Source: Lophium mytilinum
Lineage: Eukaryota
NCBI GenBank assembly: GCA_010093605.1
Contig: MU004194.1
Span: 906,323-970,322, forward strand
Length of the DNA stretch: 64,000 nt
Direction: 5' to 3'
In this document: positions 27,177 to 39,844 of the stretch, in pieces
How the letters are laid out: each line of letters starts with the position of its first letter
Position numbering within the stretch: the stretch's first letter is position 1
Position numbers and translations under genes: made by a program
Notes under the pieces: generated by a model
Seen by the model: only the letters and a program-made list of their open reading frames with translations
Told to the model about the DNA's origin: nothing
Databases searched by the model: none

Positions 27177-28295
27177 ATGGATCCCTCGGGCAGAGTCGCG
27201 ATCGTGACGGGGGCAAGCGTATGTATCCCGTCGAATCAAGCTGCCGTTCGCACAACTGAGTTGACTTTACGTCTGAACAGTCCGGCATGGGACAGGGTCT
27301 CAGTCGCGACCTCGTGAGCAAAGGCTGGAGAGTTGCCATGGCTGATATCCAGCCAAATGCGGAACTTTCAAAAGAGCTCGGCGAAGGAGCCGAGTTTTTC
27401 GAGACAAACGTCGCCGACTACGATAGTCAAGCAAGGACTTTCCAGGCCGTCTTCGACAAATATGGAAGAATAGATGCGCTATGCGCAAATGCCGGAATCG
27501 TAGATAGGAGCTCTATCTATATCTTCGACTACCGGGGGTCAGACAAGTATGGAATAGAGTCTTCCCAATGAATGAATAACACTCACATATCTAAGGATCC
27601 CACCAGCGCCGAATACGCTGTGCACCGACGTCGACTACAAAGGTAAGCTCTCACATCCGCATGTGGACTATTGCCGCTCACCAGGATGCTAGGTGTTGTT
27701 TACGGGACACAGCTCGCTATCCATTTCATGAGGAAGAACAAAGTCCCAGGGGGTAAGATCGTGACGACCGTGAGCGCTGCTGCGATATATCCTCATGAGA
27801 CTTATCCTGAATACGACGGCGCAAAGGCCGCTGTGAGTTTTTCATGAAGAAAATGTCAAGAGGAGTTGCTGATGGATGATTAGGTGCTGAACTTTGTCCG
27901 GGCGACGTCCAGAGTGCTCAAGATTGTAAGTAGCTCACACCGTAGCGGTCTTCGAGAGGAATCCTGATTTCGTCTAGAAAGAAAATATCACGACGAACGC
28001 TGTACTTCCCGGCATCGTTCACACGAATATCATTCCTCAGGCAATGGTAGATGCGGTATCTCCCGAGTGTATGACGCCAATCTCCAGCATAATATCCGCT
28101 TACCACTTGTTTCTTGATGACGCTGCGAATGAGGTCACCGGGAAAGCGGTTGAGTGCTCAGCAGACAAGCATTTCTTCCACGAAACACCCGCTTACGCAA
28201 ACGGTGACATTACTAAGAGAACCGTAACGGTCTGGGACCCACTATTCAAGTCGTATCATCATGAGCTTTCTGAGTTGCCGGATGCTATCCCATAA
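27177..28295 (+). CDS. Short-chain dehydrogenase/reductase (15-hydroxyprostaglandin-DH-like fungal clade); about 5 introns
   Basis: TGAS|SGMG Rossmann motif, GRIDALCANAGI, catalytic YDGAK (YxxxK), NAVLPGIVHT. Confidence 0.92.
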
Positions 28296-29030
28296 CAGAT
28301 CACTGTATTATCGGACATGATAATTGACACCAGGCGGTCTTCGAGTGCGTGTAGAATGGTGATGTTAGATCATGTAGAGCTGTCGTCGTGGATGGTTGTG
28401 AAAAGGAGTGGCAATACCACCTCTATGATGACCCTATGATGTTTTGAGAGTGTCTACAAAAGTAGTTGTGGAGCCTGCACCTTTAGAGGCCCTTTGTATA
28501 CTCACGATATCGTTATCGTACTGACGGCGTACACCACTAACCTTGATGGGACCATTCGTTCCCTAGCGAGCCAGCCACACTTCCATCCTATCATATCCCG
28601 TTGTCTTGGAAAGCCGCCTCCGCAATTCGCTTCCGCGATCCTTAGTTCCCCGGGAAACATTGCCCGAAGCCTTGCTCCGATCTGCAAGCAGCTGCAGGTT
28701 CTCCACCAGGCGTCGTACTATTTTTAAGGTGTCATGACGGTTTTAGTGTCCTGTGAATGGTGATTGTTACTTGAGGAGGGGAAGGGCATGTTTGTCCGGA
28801 CGATAGAAGGTGTCGTGACAGTTTTGAGTTGGAGGACGGCAGCCGGAGAGAGAAGAATGGATGAGGTATAAAGGATTGAAAATGTCTGCTGGTAGCTACC
28901 ATGTTATGATATTTGATTGAAACAGATAGACTCATCAATCCTCTTGACCATCTCTTGGGCATTTCTGTGCTCTTGGCTAGTCGTTAATTTCCGGATACAC
29001 AGCTCCCCGGCATATACGTATCTCAAAAAG

Positions 29031-29920
29031 ATGTTCTATCTCTTTGCGAATTGCAATTTTGTCCCTGATAAGTATGATGATGTCAGTTCTTTCTACTAGT
29101 ATTTTCATCCCCTCGCTATTCTCGACACTTCGACATCATCCTGCTTCTATTAGTCCCGATCTAGCTCTTCAAGAACTATATTGGCTCCCAATATGTCCTT
29201 TAAGACAACGGAATACTGACCGACCACCGTATCCCAGTGGCAAGCGGCCTACGACGAACTCGCCAAGTATGTATGGGCCAGTGAGCCGACCACTAAGACA
29301 TACTACTTCGGAATTCCCCTCGATTACGCGCACGACTTCCACAAAACCACGAGTATGTTTGCTTTCGAAGTGTACGGAGCCCGAGAGGTACGTCTCCCCT
29401 GGGCATTCAGACCCATAGTACGCCTGATACTCCCATTGACCCACAACAGGACCTCTACGAAACTCACCTCAACTCCCCGTCCATGCAGAAGTTTCTTACT
29501 TTGATTCCCGCCGCATCTACCACAGGCCTTGACCTCTCGCACTACGCATCTCGCGGCGGTTTTCTTGACCTCTTCGGGGACAGTCGCGAGTGCGGTATCA
29601 TGCAGGACACGCGCATCGTGTGCACTTCACCTTCCGCGCGATCGTCCGTCGTGGCTGCTCTGACCTCGCTCGCTGAAACGGTGGAGAAGACCGAAAAAGC
29701 TGCCGGAGCGGAGGCCGGAGTGTACACGTACCAGGTCTTCGAGTGTCTGGACAATGAGGTGAGTGCGCGGATCTTTGCGCGGTTCAAGGGGAGGGAGGAT
29801 ATGGAGGTGTTCTTACGGAAGAAAGAGGTGATTGGATTTTGGATGGCACAGAAGGAAGGAATGAAGAGTATGGAATGCAGGGGTTTTTTGCCAAATGGAA
29901 AGGGGTGGCTGCATCGATAG
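29031..29920 (+). CDS. Dimeric alpha+beta barrel (ABM monooxygenase-like) two-domain protein; introns 29082-29237 and ~29388-29449
   Basis: Spliced MFYLFANCNF..WQAAYDELAKYVWASEPTTKTYYFG..FAFEVYG..LYETHLNS pattern (EP..T..Y, FEVY, H) typical of ABM barrels; second half repeats a similar layout (GVYTYQVF, RIFARF). Confidence 0.65.
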
Positions 29921-30765
29921 GGTGGGTAGAAGTTTTGAGGGATCCTTTGGTTTACCCGCTTTGAACCGACCTTGTGGCTGTCGCTGCTCCGAAGTCGGGA
30001 ACTGTATATCGAAAGGGGATCCTGTAAACACGTCGGAGTTCTCGAGTGTTAGTGAGCCCCTTGAAAATGACCGAAAAACAGGTGTATCTGATTTATGAGC
30101 TTCAAACTTCTACATCAATGTGATTTCTGTTGGCCTTTTGGCAGAAGTTTTCAGGCAGCAATTACCACCCAGGGAACCGCCGTATCGATTTCGTAAGCCG
30201 GAAACCTTGACACCGGGTCCGCGAAAATTGTCAAAGGGTTTCAGGAGGCACTGACTGTGAGGAAAACACGGCGGGTCACAGACCAATATACGCCTCTATT
30301 CACGAACTCCATAGCTCGTGCGTGGCCCTTTCGTCCTAGACGTAACCAATACACGCTTATCTGCACATGATTAATAAGAAATATGACGCACCTATGAGTA
30401 TCTTGAGGGGTACAAGCATGAGAAATGGTCAAGGAAAAGGTGTGAGGAGTGTACGTAGCTAAGAAGACAAAAATAAGGATTCTACAACCATGACTTTTTA
30501 GACAAGACTCATATGATCGACTTTGAAATTTAATCACTCCGTATCGCGAGGCGTACGTGGGAGACCTTCAAGACTAGAAGCAATGAAACCCTTGAAAGGA
30601 GTTAATTATGTATTAGTATTTCAGACTCCAATCCAGTCGACCGATACAAAATATAGAAAAGACTGGCGTGGCTGACTTGATGTGAATCCAGTATGTACGA
30701 TTCCGAATAGTCGTACGGAGAGCGTTTCTCGTCATACCCAAAGGCTGCCGAGTGACTCCATATCT

Positions 30766-31665
30766 TCAAGAAATGTCCGTACTTTCAAGAAGCTGTGTTC
30801 CGCCTTCGGTACCTCCGCTTGCATCTGCCAAGGCCTCATCTCCCAGGCTCAAGCTTCCCCTTTCCGATAACAAGTTCATCTCCGTCCGCAAAATCGTCCT
30901 TTTTGCTTCTAAGACTCCCTCATACGCAGCCTCGGGGTTTAGACGAAAAACGACGTTGCGGCCGGTATCCGTCTCCCATCTGAGAGGCTCTTCAATACGA
31001 ATGGTGTAAGATCCAAACAACTGATCCCATTCGTCAGATTCCCAAACATAGCTGGCAGGAAGCACGGTACCCAATCCTCTGGTCTTTAGTATATGTGCCT
31101 TAACCACATCTTCAACGGTTGAGGCTATGATAGTGCCGATTTCCTCTTGTTCTATCCGTTCATGGCGCCTTCGTAATTTGTCATCGGTCTTCAGCCGCAG
31201 CTCAACAACTTGCCCGGATAAAAAGCAAGAGTAAAGGTTCCTCATGAAGTAGGGATTGCCCCAATCTGGAGTTGCGAGTGTTCGCAAGAACATACGGTCG
31301 CTTACGAATTTGCATACAGTAAAAGAGGCGGCGCTGAGTTGAAGAACTACATGCTCAATACATATGAGGGAGTAGGATGACAGAGTGCAGAAAAACTGAA
31401 CACACTCGCTGGACGTCAATTGGAGGTTAAAGACGTTTTTGCCGTATAGGAGATCAAGCGCTTCACAGAGGGCCCTGCGGCAGGTTCGTAGAAAGGCGAC
31501 TGGTAGCGTCTGCACAGCTTGCGGACTGCCCCATCCTAAATCGTCGAGTATCCGGTAATTGATCTCGATCTGGCGTTGGCTGCAAAAGAGATGTTGGTAG
31601 ATTTCATCGCGTAATTCCCGCGGAAGGGCGAAGAACGGCCCTTGTTGATGCACGAATAGGGCCAT
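30766..31665 (-). CDS. F-box-like / DUF7730-type fungal protein, intronless
   Basis: N-terminal FFALPRELRDEIYQHLF and LRTCR..EALDLLYGKNVF motifs. Confidence 0.7.
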   Translation of the reverse strand: MALFVHQQGPFFALPRELRDEIYQHLFCSQRQIEINYRILDDLGWGSPQAVQTLPVAFLRTCRRALCEALDLLYGKNVFNLQLTSSECVQFFCTLSSYSLICIEHVVLQLSAASFTVCKFVSDRMFLRTLATPDWGNPYFMRNLYSCFLSGQVVELRLKTDDKLRRRHERIEQEEIGTIIASTVEDVVKAHILKTRGLGTVLPASYVWESDEWDQLFGSYTIRIEEPLRWETDTGRNVVFRLNPEAAYEGVLEAKRTILRTEMNLLSERGSLSLGDEALADASGGTEGGTQLLESTDIS

Positions 31666-33880
31666 ACTGAGGCCCCCAATCCTCTCAGGTGGTTGAATAA
31701 AGCAAAGGCGCTTCTATGATTTGAGTGCCGAGGTGTTTCCGGAGAGTTGCGAGTTGAGTGAGCTGGTAGTCTAGGTAGGCTGCCAAGTGAAGATATCGGC
31801 TGATCCCTGTACTATTCCTAAATGAGAATGTAACTCAAAAACCTCGAATTGGTATGAGGCGAATAACGAACAGGCTATGAAGGATGAAACTGGAGTAAAT
31901 GAGCATGAATGAGAAGCTATAGTGGCTCTGAATGACTTGCGGGTTGTCAAATACAGCGTTTTCGCTGGTTAGTATGTGCATGTCACGTGATCTGCCTCCC
32001 AAGGGACTACCATTATGCATTACTCAATCATCCAAATCGCGTGCACTGCACGCACAAGAACTCGTAGTCCTTGTCTTGAACTGGTCTGTTCTGGAAACCC
32101 GAGGGTTAGCATTTTAGGTAAACAGGAGTGCGCTCATCGTGCTCAAACTTCTGTTGATAGATTTTTATATGTCGTGATCAGAAGCTGTCAAAGAGCAGCA
32201 GAGTAGATCCTAGAGATAGGGCACCCACTGCGCGCTTACGTTTGGAGAGCTGATGCTATATATTTACGTACACACATAGTCACTCGGCTTCAGTTGACAG
32301 GTGTGCAGGCAACGAAGGAAATTTGACAGCTCGTTTCAGCGACGTTGACAAAGCATACAATGAGGTTCCGAGGCTCTTGCTCAGTATGTTGCGCTGCCCA
32401 TGATTACAATATAGGGCAACCTTGACGTTAGAAGCTGACACCGTGATGGCTTCCGCGTTGGAAGCGGCTGTTGATGCGGGCCTCTCCCGTGGGGAAAAGT
32501 ACCCTGTAAACTTACTACACCACAGTGACACTGCTCCATACATAAGTTGATCCACATTTACGTAGTGGATGGCACAAAAAGGAAGTACATTGCAATCTTC
32601 CAAGCAAGGTCCATGTCCAAAGAAGGGAACCGAGGCCCATAGGATATCCCAGCCATATGTTCCTGAGATGGCCGACGTGCAGACTGTCACGTTCAATACA
32701 GCAGGTATCGGCAGTAACCGGTTCATGCCCAAGGATCCAAGGTCCGGGGCTGTGTTCCGAAAGGAGGGGATTGCGATTTGGTCGTGTTCGGGCCTGGCGT
32801 GCAGCACTCAGAGTCTGATGCACGAACGTCGCCTGCTGCAGCTCCCGTCCTCATTCACATGGTCTTATCTAGGATCTCCATGACGCCTACCAACTGACTT
32901 GAATTACAAGCACAGCAAGCACAGACAAAAACCGAGCGGAGGATGTGACGGTGTGCAGGAGCAAAATGGCTCCCGACCCGCCGCAGCGGTTCGCGGCCCT
33001 TTTCTGAGCTTATTCACTCTGACAACTCTCAACCCCTTCGCCCCTTACCTTACCATTGCCTAATCACTGTGACCGCGCAGCCATCAACACCTGCGTCTGG
33101 GATTAAGACAGCAACCACTATGTTAATTGGCTGTCTCTCGAAGTTGGCACGGCATGCCGCGCAGTTTTATCCAAAACTTGACGCAGCTAGACAGGCTCTG
33201 CATCTCCCAGCGCCCAGAATTCTCATCGCTCAGCTGGTCCCGGCACTCTGCGACTCCAGTCAGGGTGTCAGGATCTCCCTTACCAATAGAGACCCACAGC
33301 TGGACGCCGCAGCCACCGCCTTTGCTTTTGAGCACTACGCCGCCCGCCCCGGTGCTTCACCTCACGAGCGGGACGGGCCATAGCTCAAGGACTCGCTCTG
33401 CCCAACTGCGGGAACGTGGACCGGCGTGGCTGCTTGCCAGCCCAGCCTCAGTGACTTGAAACCTGTCACGTCGAATGACCCCGACCTCAGACCTCCCTTG
33501 GGCTGTAGACATGCACGTTCCAGCGTTTCCAAGTGTAGACAGGCCGTTCCTGAAGCCTTGCCGAGAGTCCGGCAATGCGTCAACGGCCAAGGTACTCTCC
33601 GATCACCTCTGCTATAGGTATAGAGGACGTCTGGGGTGCGTACTGCGCATTCAGGGTTATACTCTCGTTCTGGAAGTGTGAACAGCGGTAGGTAGGAGAA
33701 CCTAGCACACAACCATCTTATGCTTCGCTTCATTATTAGAGCATAGCTTCAATTCAAGAGCCACTCTGCTCCGCTTTGATTTATCCCTTCTTCCAGCTCT
33801 AGTCAATCTTTGTATCCTTCTCCCGCAGCTAGTCCAATCCTTCCAGCGGTCATCTCCACTACGTACTACTCAGTAGAGTC

Positions 33881-35445
33881 ATGGCTGGGGCTCAAGAGAT
33901 TCGTCACGATTCTGTCGGACACACAGTCATTGCACTCTGCATAGCGTTCGGTGCGTTGTTTGATCTTCACGATATCGTGACGCCCCTACAAGATGCCATT
34001 ATTGACAGCAAGCGACAGGCGCTATTACCACGGTGGTGATATTTCTGCGACTATTCACTCGGTTTTATATCATCAAAACCATAGGTCCTGATGACGGTAA
34101 GTGCTCGAGCACAACAACTCCAAAATGGCTCCCTCGACTAACGCGAATGCCACAGTTCTCATCACCATTGCATCAGTAAGGATGGCGGGCGTGGAAAGTA
34201 GAAGGTAGACCTAACAGACGCAGATACTATCATGGGCCTTCATAGCCGCGACCATCATGGCCGTCAATCATGGTCTCGGAAGTCACATTGAATTAGTGAT
34301 GCTTCGTGGAACCCAAAACATGATCAGCTATGCTCAGGTGAGGTTTCCCCAACCACCCATCCTTCGAAAGTGACTCACATGTCTAGATCGTGTGGTTGTC
34401 TAGCATATTCTACAACGCATGTTTGGGATTCATCAAAACTTCAGTGCTTGCTCTGTATATGCGGCTCGGCGACCGCAGTCTGCGACGCATGGCGATTGTA
34501 ATGACAGGAGTCGTAGGATGCCAGGCCACTGCCAACGTCTTGACGTGTATCTTCCAGTGCAATCCTGTTTCCGCCGCATGGGATGTCACAATCACAGAAA
34601 AGAAATGTGTCAACATCAACGCCTTCTATCTAGCCAACGCGGCTCTCAACATTGCGACGGACTTGTTGACTTACACTCTGCCGGTCAAGCTCGTCCTGAG
34701 GCTCCAAGTTTCTCGCAACCAAAGGATAGCTTTAGGGGTTATGCTGTGCCTTGGCCTTTTGTAAGTGATCATAACCTCTGGCGATCTGTTGAGTATGCTA
34801 ATTGTCGCTCAGCGCCTGCATATCCTCCATCGTCCGTATCACTTTTATTCCTGAAATGCTGTACGTCAAGGATTGAGATCTTTCCTAATTGGAAGACCCC
34901 TTTGAACTGACAAGTCGTCTTCTAGAGTCTCCCCCGATGCCACTTTCGTAATATCTGGAGCAATGTACTGGAGCGTCATCGAAACCAACATAGGCATCGC
35001 CGCCGCTTCAATACCTTCGTTCAAGGCTCTTGCGAAACGATATGCTCCAGTACTCCTCGGATCTTCCCATAACAATCAAAAGTATGGATCTACCGGTATG
35101 AAGTCCGGGTCGGGACCGTTTCACAAGATCTCCAACTCCACACGAAACACATCGTCTGTAGCCGACAATTCTGTCAAATTGAGGCCACTAAGCCACCGCG
35201 ATGCAGCCAAAGGCGGCATAGACGACAACGTCAAGGAGATTCCACAGTACGCGAAGAACAGTGTAGCCACCAAAATCGAGCAAGACCGAGCCAGCAACGA
35301 CAGCGAGGAGATGCTAAATGTGCCCGATGGCCGCATAGTTGCCAGAACCCAGATCACGACCCACGTGGAAGGGAGCGACGAGGAAACAAACAGTTTCTAT
35401 TCGCATGAGGATAGCGCGAAGGCTCCAGCCGGAAGGGGTTTCTAA
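33881..35445 (+). CDS. PTH11-like fungal rhodopsin-domain integral membrane protein (no CFEM); about 6 introns
   Basis: LRLFTRF, GPDD, HGLGSH, FIKTSVLALYMRL, IFQCNPV..W, NIATD..LP, WSVIETNIGIAAASIP; long hydrophilic C-tail. Confidence 0.88.
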
Positions 35446-36870
35446 GGGCGACTAGTTAACAATAGACCAGCGCATTTGGATCGCTTTGCTGATACCTGCA
35501 CTGGACTAGCCGCGGAACGCCTGGATGATAGCTCGTCTACGAAGGATAGGATGTAACGGAAGCTGTTCCTTTTGTTGCTACGGATATAAATCGGAGTTGC
35601 AGAACTAGGTATATGTACAAATGCAGAAAACAGCGCGCTAGGTCGACGATCTGAGCAAAGACCGCAATCAGGAAATGAATCATGATAAACTTTCAGCAAT
35701 AGGGCCGGTTACTGTTGCACGATCGTCGCCTGTCAACTGCCAGATACAGAGTCGAGCAGCATGAACCAACGCTCTAAACGGCTATCCCCACAAGCTTGGA
35801 TCCCAATCCAATCACTTCACAATACCACCTAGTTCTCGCCTCATTTCTGCCCTGGGCCCACGATGGGGTATTGCAAATAACACACCCAAAATACTACCAC
35901 ATTTGGCATATGCCCGTCGGATTATTGGAGTGATCTGTCAAAGCTAAAATCCACGAGTCAAGCCCACAGTACCCAGCAAAAGATCAACCACACGATCCTC
36001 CTCCTTCATCGGGCATCCCGCATAACGACTTTGCAAACCCACCAACTCTCCACTCTTCCCGCCGCGAGGCCCTGGCCCCCATTCCGTCCCCACCAATCCT
36101 CCCGCAAGGAACCCCTCCGTTCACCTCGAACCTTGCCCAGGCCGCCCCTTCACCCATGCCCACTTTTCTCTCCACGCCAGCAACGCTCCTTGCCGTCCCG
36201 TTGGTTCCATGCGGCCCGTCAGCAAAAAGCCTCACACCTCGCTTGGGATGCTCCCGACACCCGCGGCGCGCTGATCGCTGCGGTGCTGCAACTGCCGAGT
36301 GATTGGCGCTCGTGTCATGGACCATGGAGTGAGATCCTTGAACGCCTCCCGAGCCCGAGGCGGCGGGTCGGCCCACTGGGGTCCCACTTGGGGCAGGGAT
36401 CGACGACGCCGCCGGCGGAGTGGGCGGTGAATGAGGGTCCGTGCGGGTGCGGGTTCCGGGCAACACGAGACGAGATGAGACGGAGCGGGCGGCGGGAGCG
36501 GCAATGGCAACGGCAGCTTGATTGGATTGGGCTGGGGTGGGCGGTTTGGTATGAGGGACGGGACGGGGCATGACTCGGTGGGGCTGGATTCGTGATGAGG
36601 ATGGATGAGAAAGTGAAAAGGACCGAATACGAAGAAGTCAATTCTGCGGGTGCAAGGTGTCGGGGTGACTGTCTAAGCGAAGCATTGGTTCTTCTCCTCG
36701 CGTTTTACGGGGATTCTGAGGTTCAGATGCAGGAGACCCAGGAGACCCGGGAAACAGGAAGGCATGGTTGCAGTGTCTCGCATTAGAGTTCCAGTAAAGT
36801 CTACTCTGGAACAGAGGTTGGCTATTTACATGTAACGAAACAGAATATGAGATGTGAATTCAAGGGAGGC

Positions 36871-38639
36871 CTAAACGACCGGCGCGCGCCTGTCAATGGT
36901 GATCCACATGTCCTAAACAGACGTTAGAAGAGCTCGCGGTGCGGTGCAGATTGCGAGACTCACCTTCCAGAATCCCACTCCGCCCTTGACAACGAATATG
37001 CCCGGTTGCTCCTTGTTGACAATCTCTGGCTTGAAGTTGCGGAAGAACACCAAGGGTGCTTTATACAGTTCCATGAGTGCACTGTGAGAAGGTCAGGTAC
37101 GGTAGATGAGAAATGGTCAGTCGTAGCTCACATGTCTTTCCCAAGGCAGACCCTCGCGCCGTATCCGAAAGCCATGTTGTACCTGTTGTATTCCTTGGTC
37201 TTTTCCTCACTCTCAAGCCATCGCTCTGGTCGAAATTCCGCCGCGTCTGGTCCGTATATATTTTCATCGCGGTGGACGAGCCACGGGTTACATGTAACTT
37301 CCATGCCTTCAGGCACATACTTGCCCTCCAGCTCCATACCACCCTTTCCGACAAGTCTAGGGAAGATGTTCGGCGCGGAGGGACATAGTCGCATACTCTC
37401 CTTCACGCAAGCGACATAGTATGGGCAGTGCTGGATCACTTCGTCGTATTGAGGAGTTGGTGAGAGCTTGCCGGCTCGAGTTGCGGCGTCGAGCTCTGCC
37501 ATGAGCTTAGTGTAGACCTTCTCATTGGACATGATGTAACACATCATCGCTTGGAAGGCAGTTCCAGTAGTGTCTGCTCCGGCAAGAAGAACTAAAAGGA
37601 TCTCGGCTTTGATGTAGTCCATTTCCAGTGGTTTCCCATCTTCTGTTCTCGCATCGAGGAAGGTCTGCAATAGATCAATGCGTCCAACCTTTCCAGCTTC
37701 AATGTCCTGTTGGCGCTGCACAATGAGCTTGTCGCGGAAGCGCATGAGCGTGCCAATGCCGGAGTCGTGCTCTGGTTTCGCAACTAGATACTTTTCGCCA
37801 ACCCAAGTACTCTTTATCCAAGTCGTGAAGGGATATAGGCGAGCCATGATTCCAAATGGCACGAGACCATCGTGGAAGCCTTGAATGAGGCCTTCAACAT
37901 CTGAGCCTGACTCGACAAAACCGATCGGAGCTCCAAAGCCAATCTCTGAGATGATATCATAAGCCCTAGCGCATTGGTCAGCGGAGTTGCAAATATTGGC
38001 TTTGAGATGGCAATTACATGTATACTGCCCACGGAGCAAAATCAAACTTCTTTGGCGATTTGGCGAATAGCTCAGTAAGCTTGCTGATCCAGTCAGCAAT
38101 GCGCATGTCCACCAAAGGCTCCATCTTCTTGATATTTGAGAAGGCATATGGTCCTGCAGCGATCTTCCGGAAATGCGCGTGGACTTTCCAGTCCTGCATA
38201 TTGAACAAGCTCTCCGTTTCCCCGAAACTGCCTGTGATGTAGTGCTTAGACTTGGTTGCTTGTCGGTTATAGATGTCAGGAAGTTTCGTCGCGTCACTAC
38301 ATAAGAGCAGCGTAGGCGTTATGCGGATTACGGGGCCTTGCCGTGGAGGTTAGCTATCTGACACAAGCTCACATGCGATGGGCATTGTATACCATATTTC
38401 TTATGCAAGTCGTATTCTAGTAGGCGCTCGTCCTCCTTGATGTTGTGGTATGCAACCCAGAGTCGCGTCACACTGGCCCAGAATGGACCGGGGAATTTCG
38501 ACAAAGGATGAAAGAAGCGATAGTAGACGATCTGATACAACACTTTGAAAGCAAGATAGGCGCAGAATGCAAGGAAAAGGTTCCCGAAAGTAAGCTTCGA
38601 GAGAACGGAAGGACTCTCCCCCTCGGTGACTGATGCCAT
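36871..38639 (-). CDS. Cytochrome P450 monooxygenase; 4 introns
   Basis: N-terminal TM plus [10 protein letters not shown]-helix AGADTT, ESMR (ExxR), PERW, heme [10 protein letters not shown]; stop TAG 36873-36871. Confidence 0.95.
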
Positions 38640-39844
38640 GATTGCTACCGTAGAAAGTGAGGAAGATTGATAGAGGGGAACGACGAGAAGAAGAGGTCGA
38701 GCAACCGTGCATATAGCTGCCGTCTGTATGTACTACATGGCGAGGAACTTGGCCCGCCCTCAAATCAGGGAGCTCCTAGTCCTTCCAGACAGAGGCCATG
38801 ACGCCGTAGAACGGCAAGGAGCGGGGGTGTTCACACCAGGTGTGGGGTAGTACCTCCAGGGTCCAGCGTTAGCAGACTTTTGATATGGAGACGCGAAAGC
38901 TTTTCCATCACACTATGGCGATGAGCGGCATCCTCGTTTGGGGGGAGGTGCGAAACCCCCCGTTCACCGCGGCTCTTGGTAATTGAGGCACAGCTTCGGC
39001 AAGCCAGTTCGTCGGGCACGCGCCCTGTTTCAGTAACGTGCAGACCGCACGCATCGGAGGAGCAAAGAAGCAAATCAGCGAATCCTTGCTGGTTGTTGTC
39101 GTCTATTGATGGATCAGCATGGGGCACCAAGCAGACGGCGGGCCCACCTGTCCGGCCCTCGATGAGCCGAGTGGTGCGACAGCTGGAACCATCTCGTTCC
39201 CTTACGTCCTGTTCATCTCCTCCACATGCAACACCTTCACACTCCAACGCCGCCCAGAGCATGCGACATGAAGGCCCGAGAACGGTGTCCGCGCGAGGCT
39301 CCCATGTGCTCCACCATGCAGCTCTCGCGTCCATCCCGGAGCCCCGAGCCGTCCCCTGAGCCCTGCCCTGCTCAACGCCCAGTTGGTCGCAGCATAATGC
39401 AATATGCCATGGATCTGATCTAGTATCTCACTCATCACCGTTTTCCATTCGTCAATACCTCAAACATGGCTGGATAAGCCCGTTCGGGGCTTTCTTTCTG
39501 TCAATCACCAGCCCCGTTCTTTCGTCTCCGGAAAGATCCACTGCCAGCGTGCTCGCCGAGCATCACCCTGCATGCACAAGTTCCATTGCCGGGTTCCAAT
39601 TGTCTTGAGCTTCTGGGAAGGCTTGAGGGAGATCCTGACTCAATGAAGCTCGGTTACACGCCGCGGAGCCACCCAGTGCCTGGAATTTCCAACAAGGTGT
39701 CTGTGATGCACATGTGCCTTATGTATACCGTCACCCTTCCGAAGTCTCTTTGCGTGTAGCTGGCCTGAGGTGCTTTCCGTCCGTTTCAAACCTGGTTCCC
39801 TCATTCCATCTTTGCAGCTCCAAACTCTTCCCACGCATGCCAAC

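Noticed and set aside
32280..32883. Possible decayed gene (fragments such as RGCVPKGGDCDLVVFGPG, reminiscent of amidohydrolase C-termini, and FNTAGIG)
   Set aside because: Fragments are in different frames with stops and no coherent exon structure; resemblance too weak without a tBLASTn/BLASTX search
35984..36786. 180-195 aa ORFs between the PTH11-like gene and the P450
   Set aside because: Low-complexity GC-rich sequence open on both strands; no domain evidence
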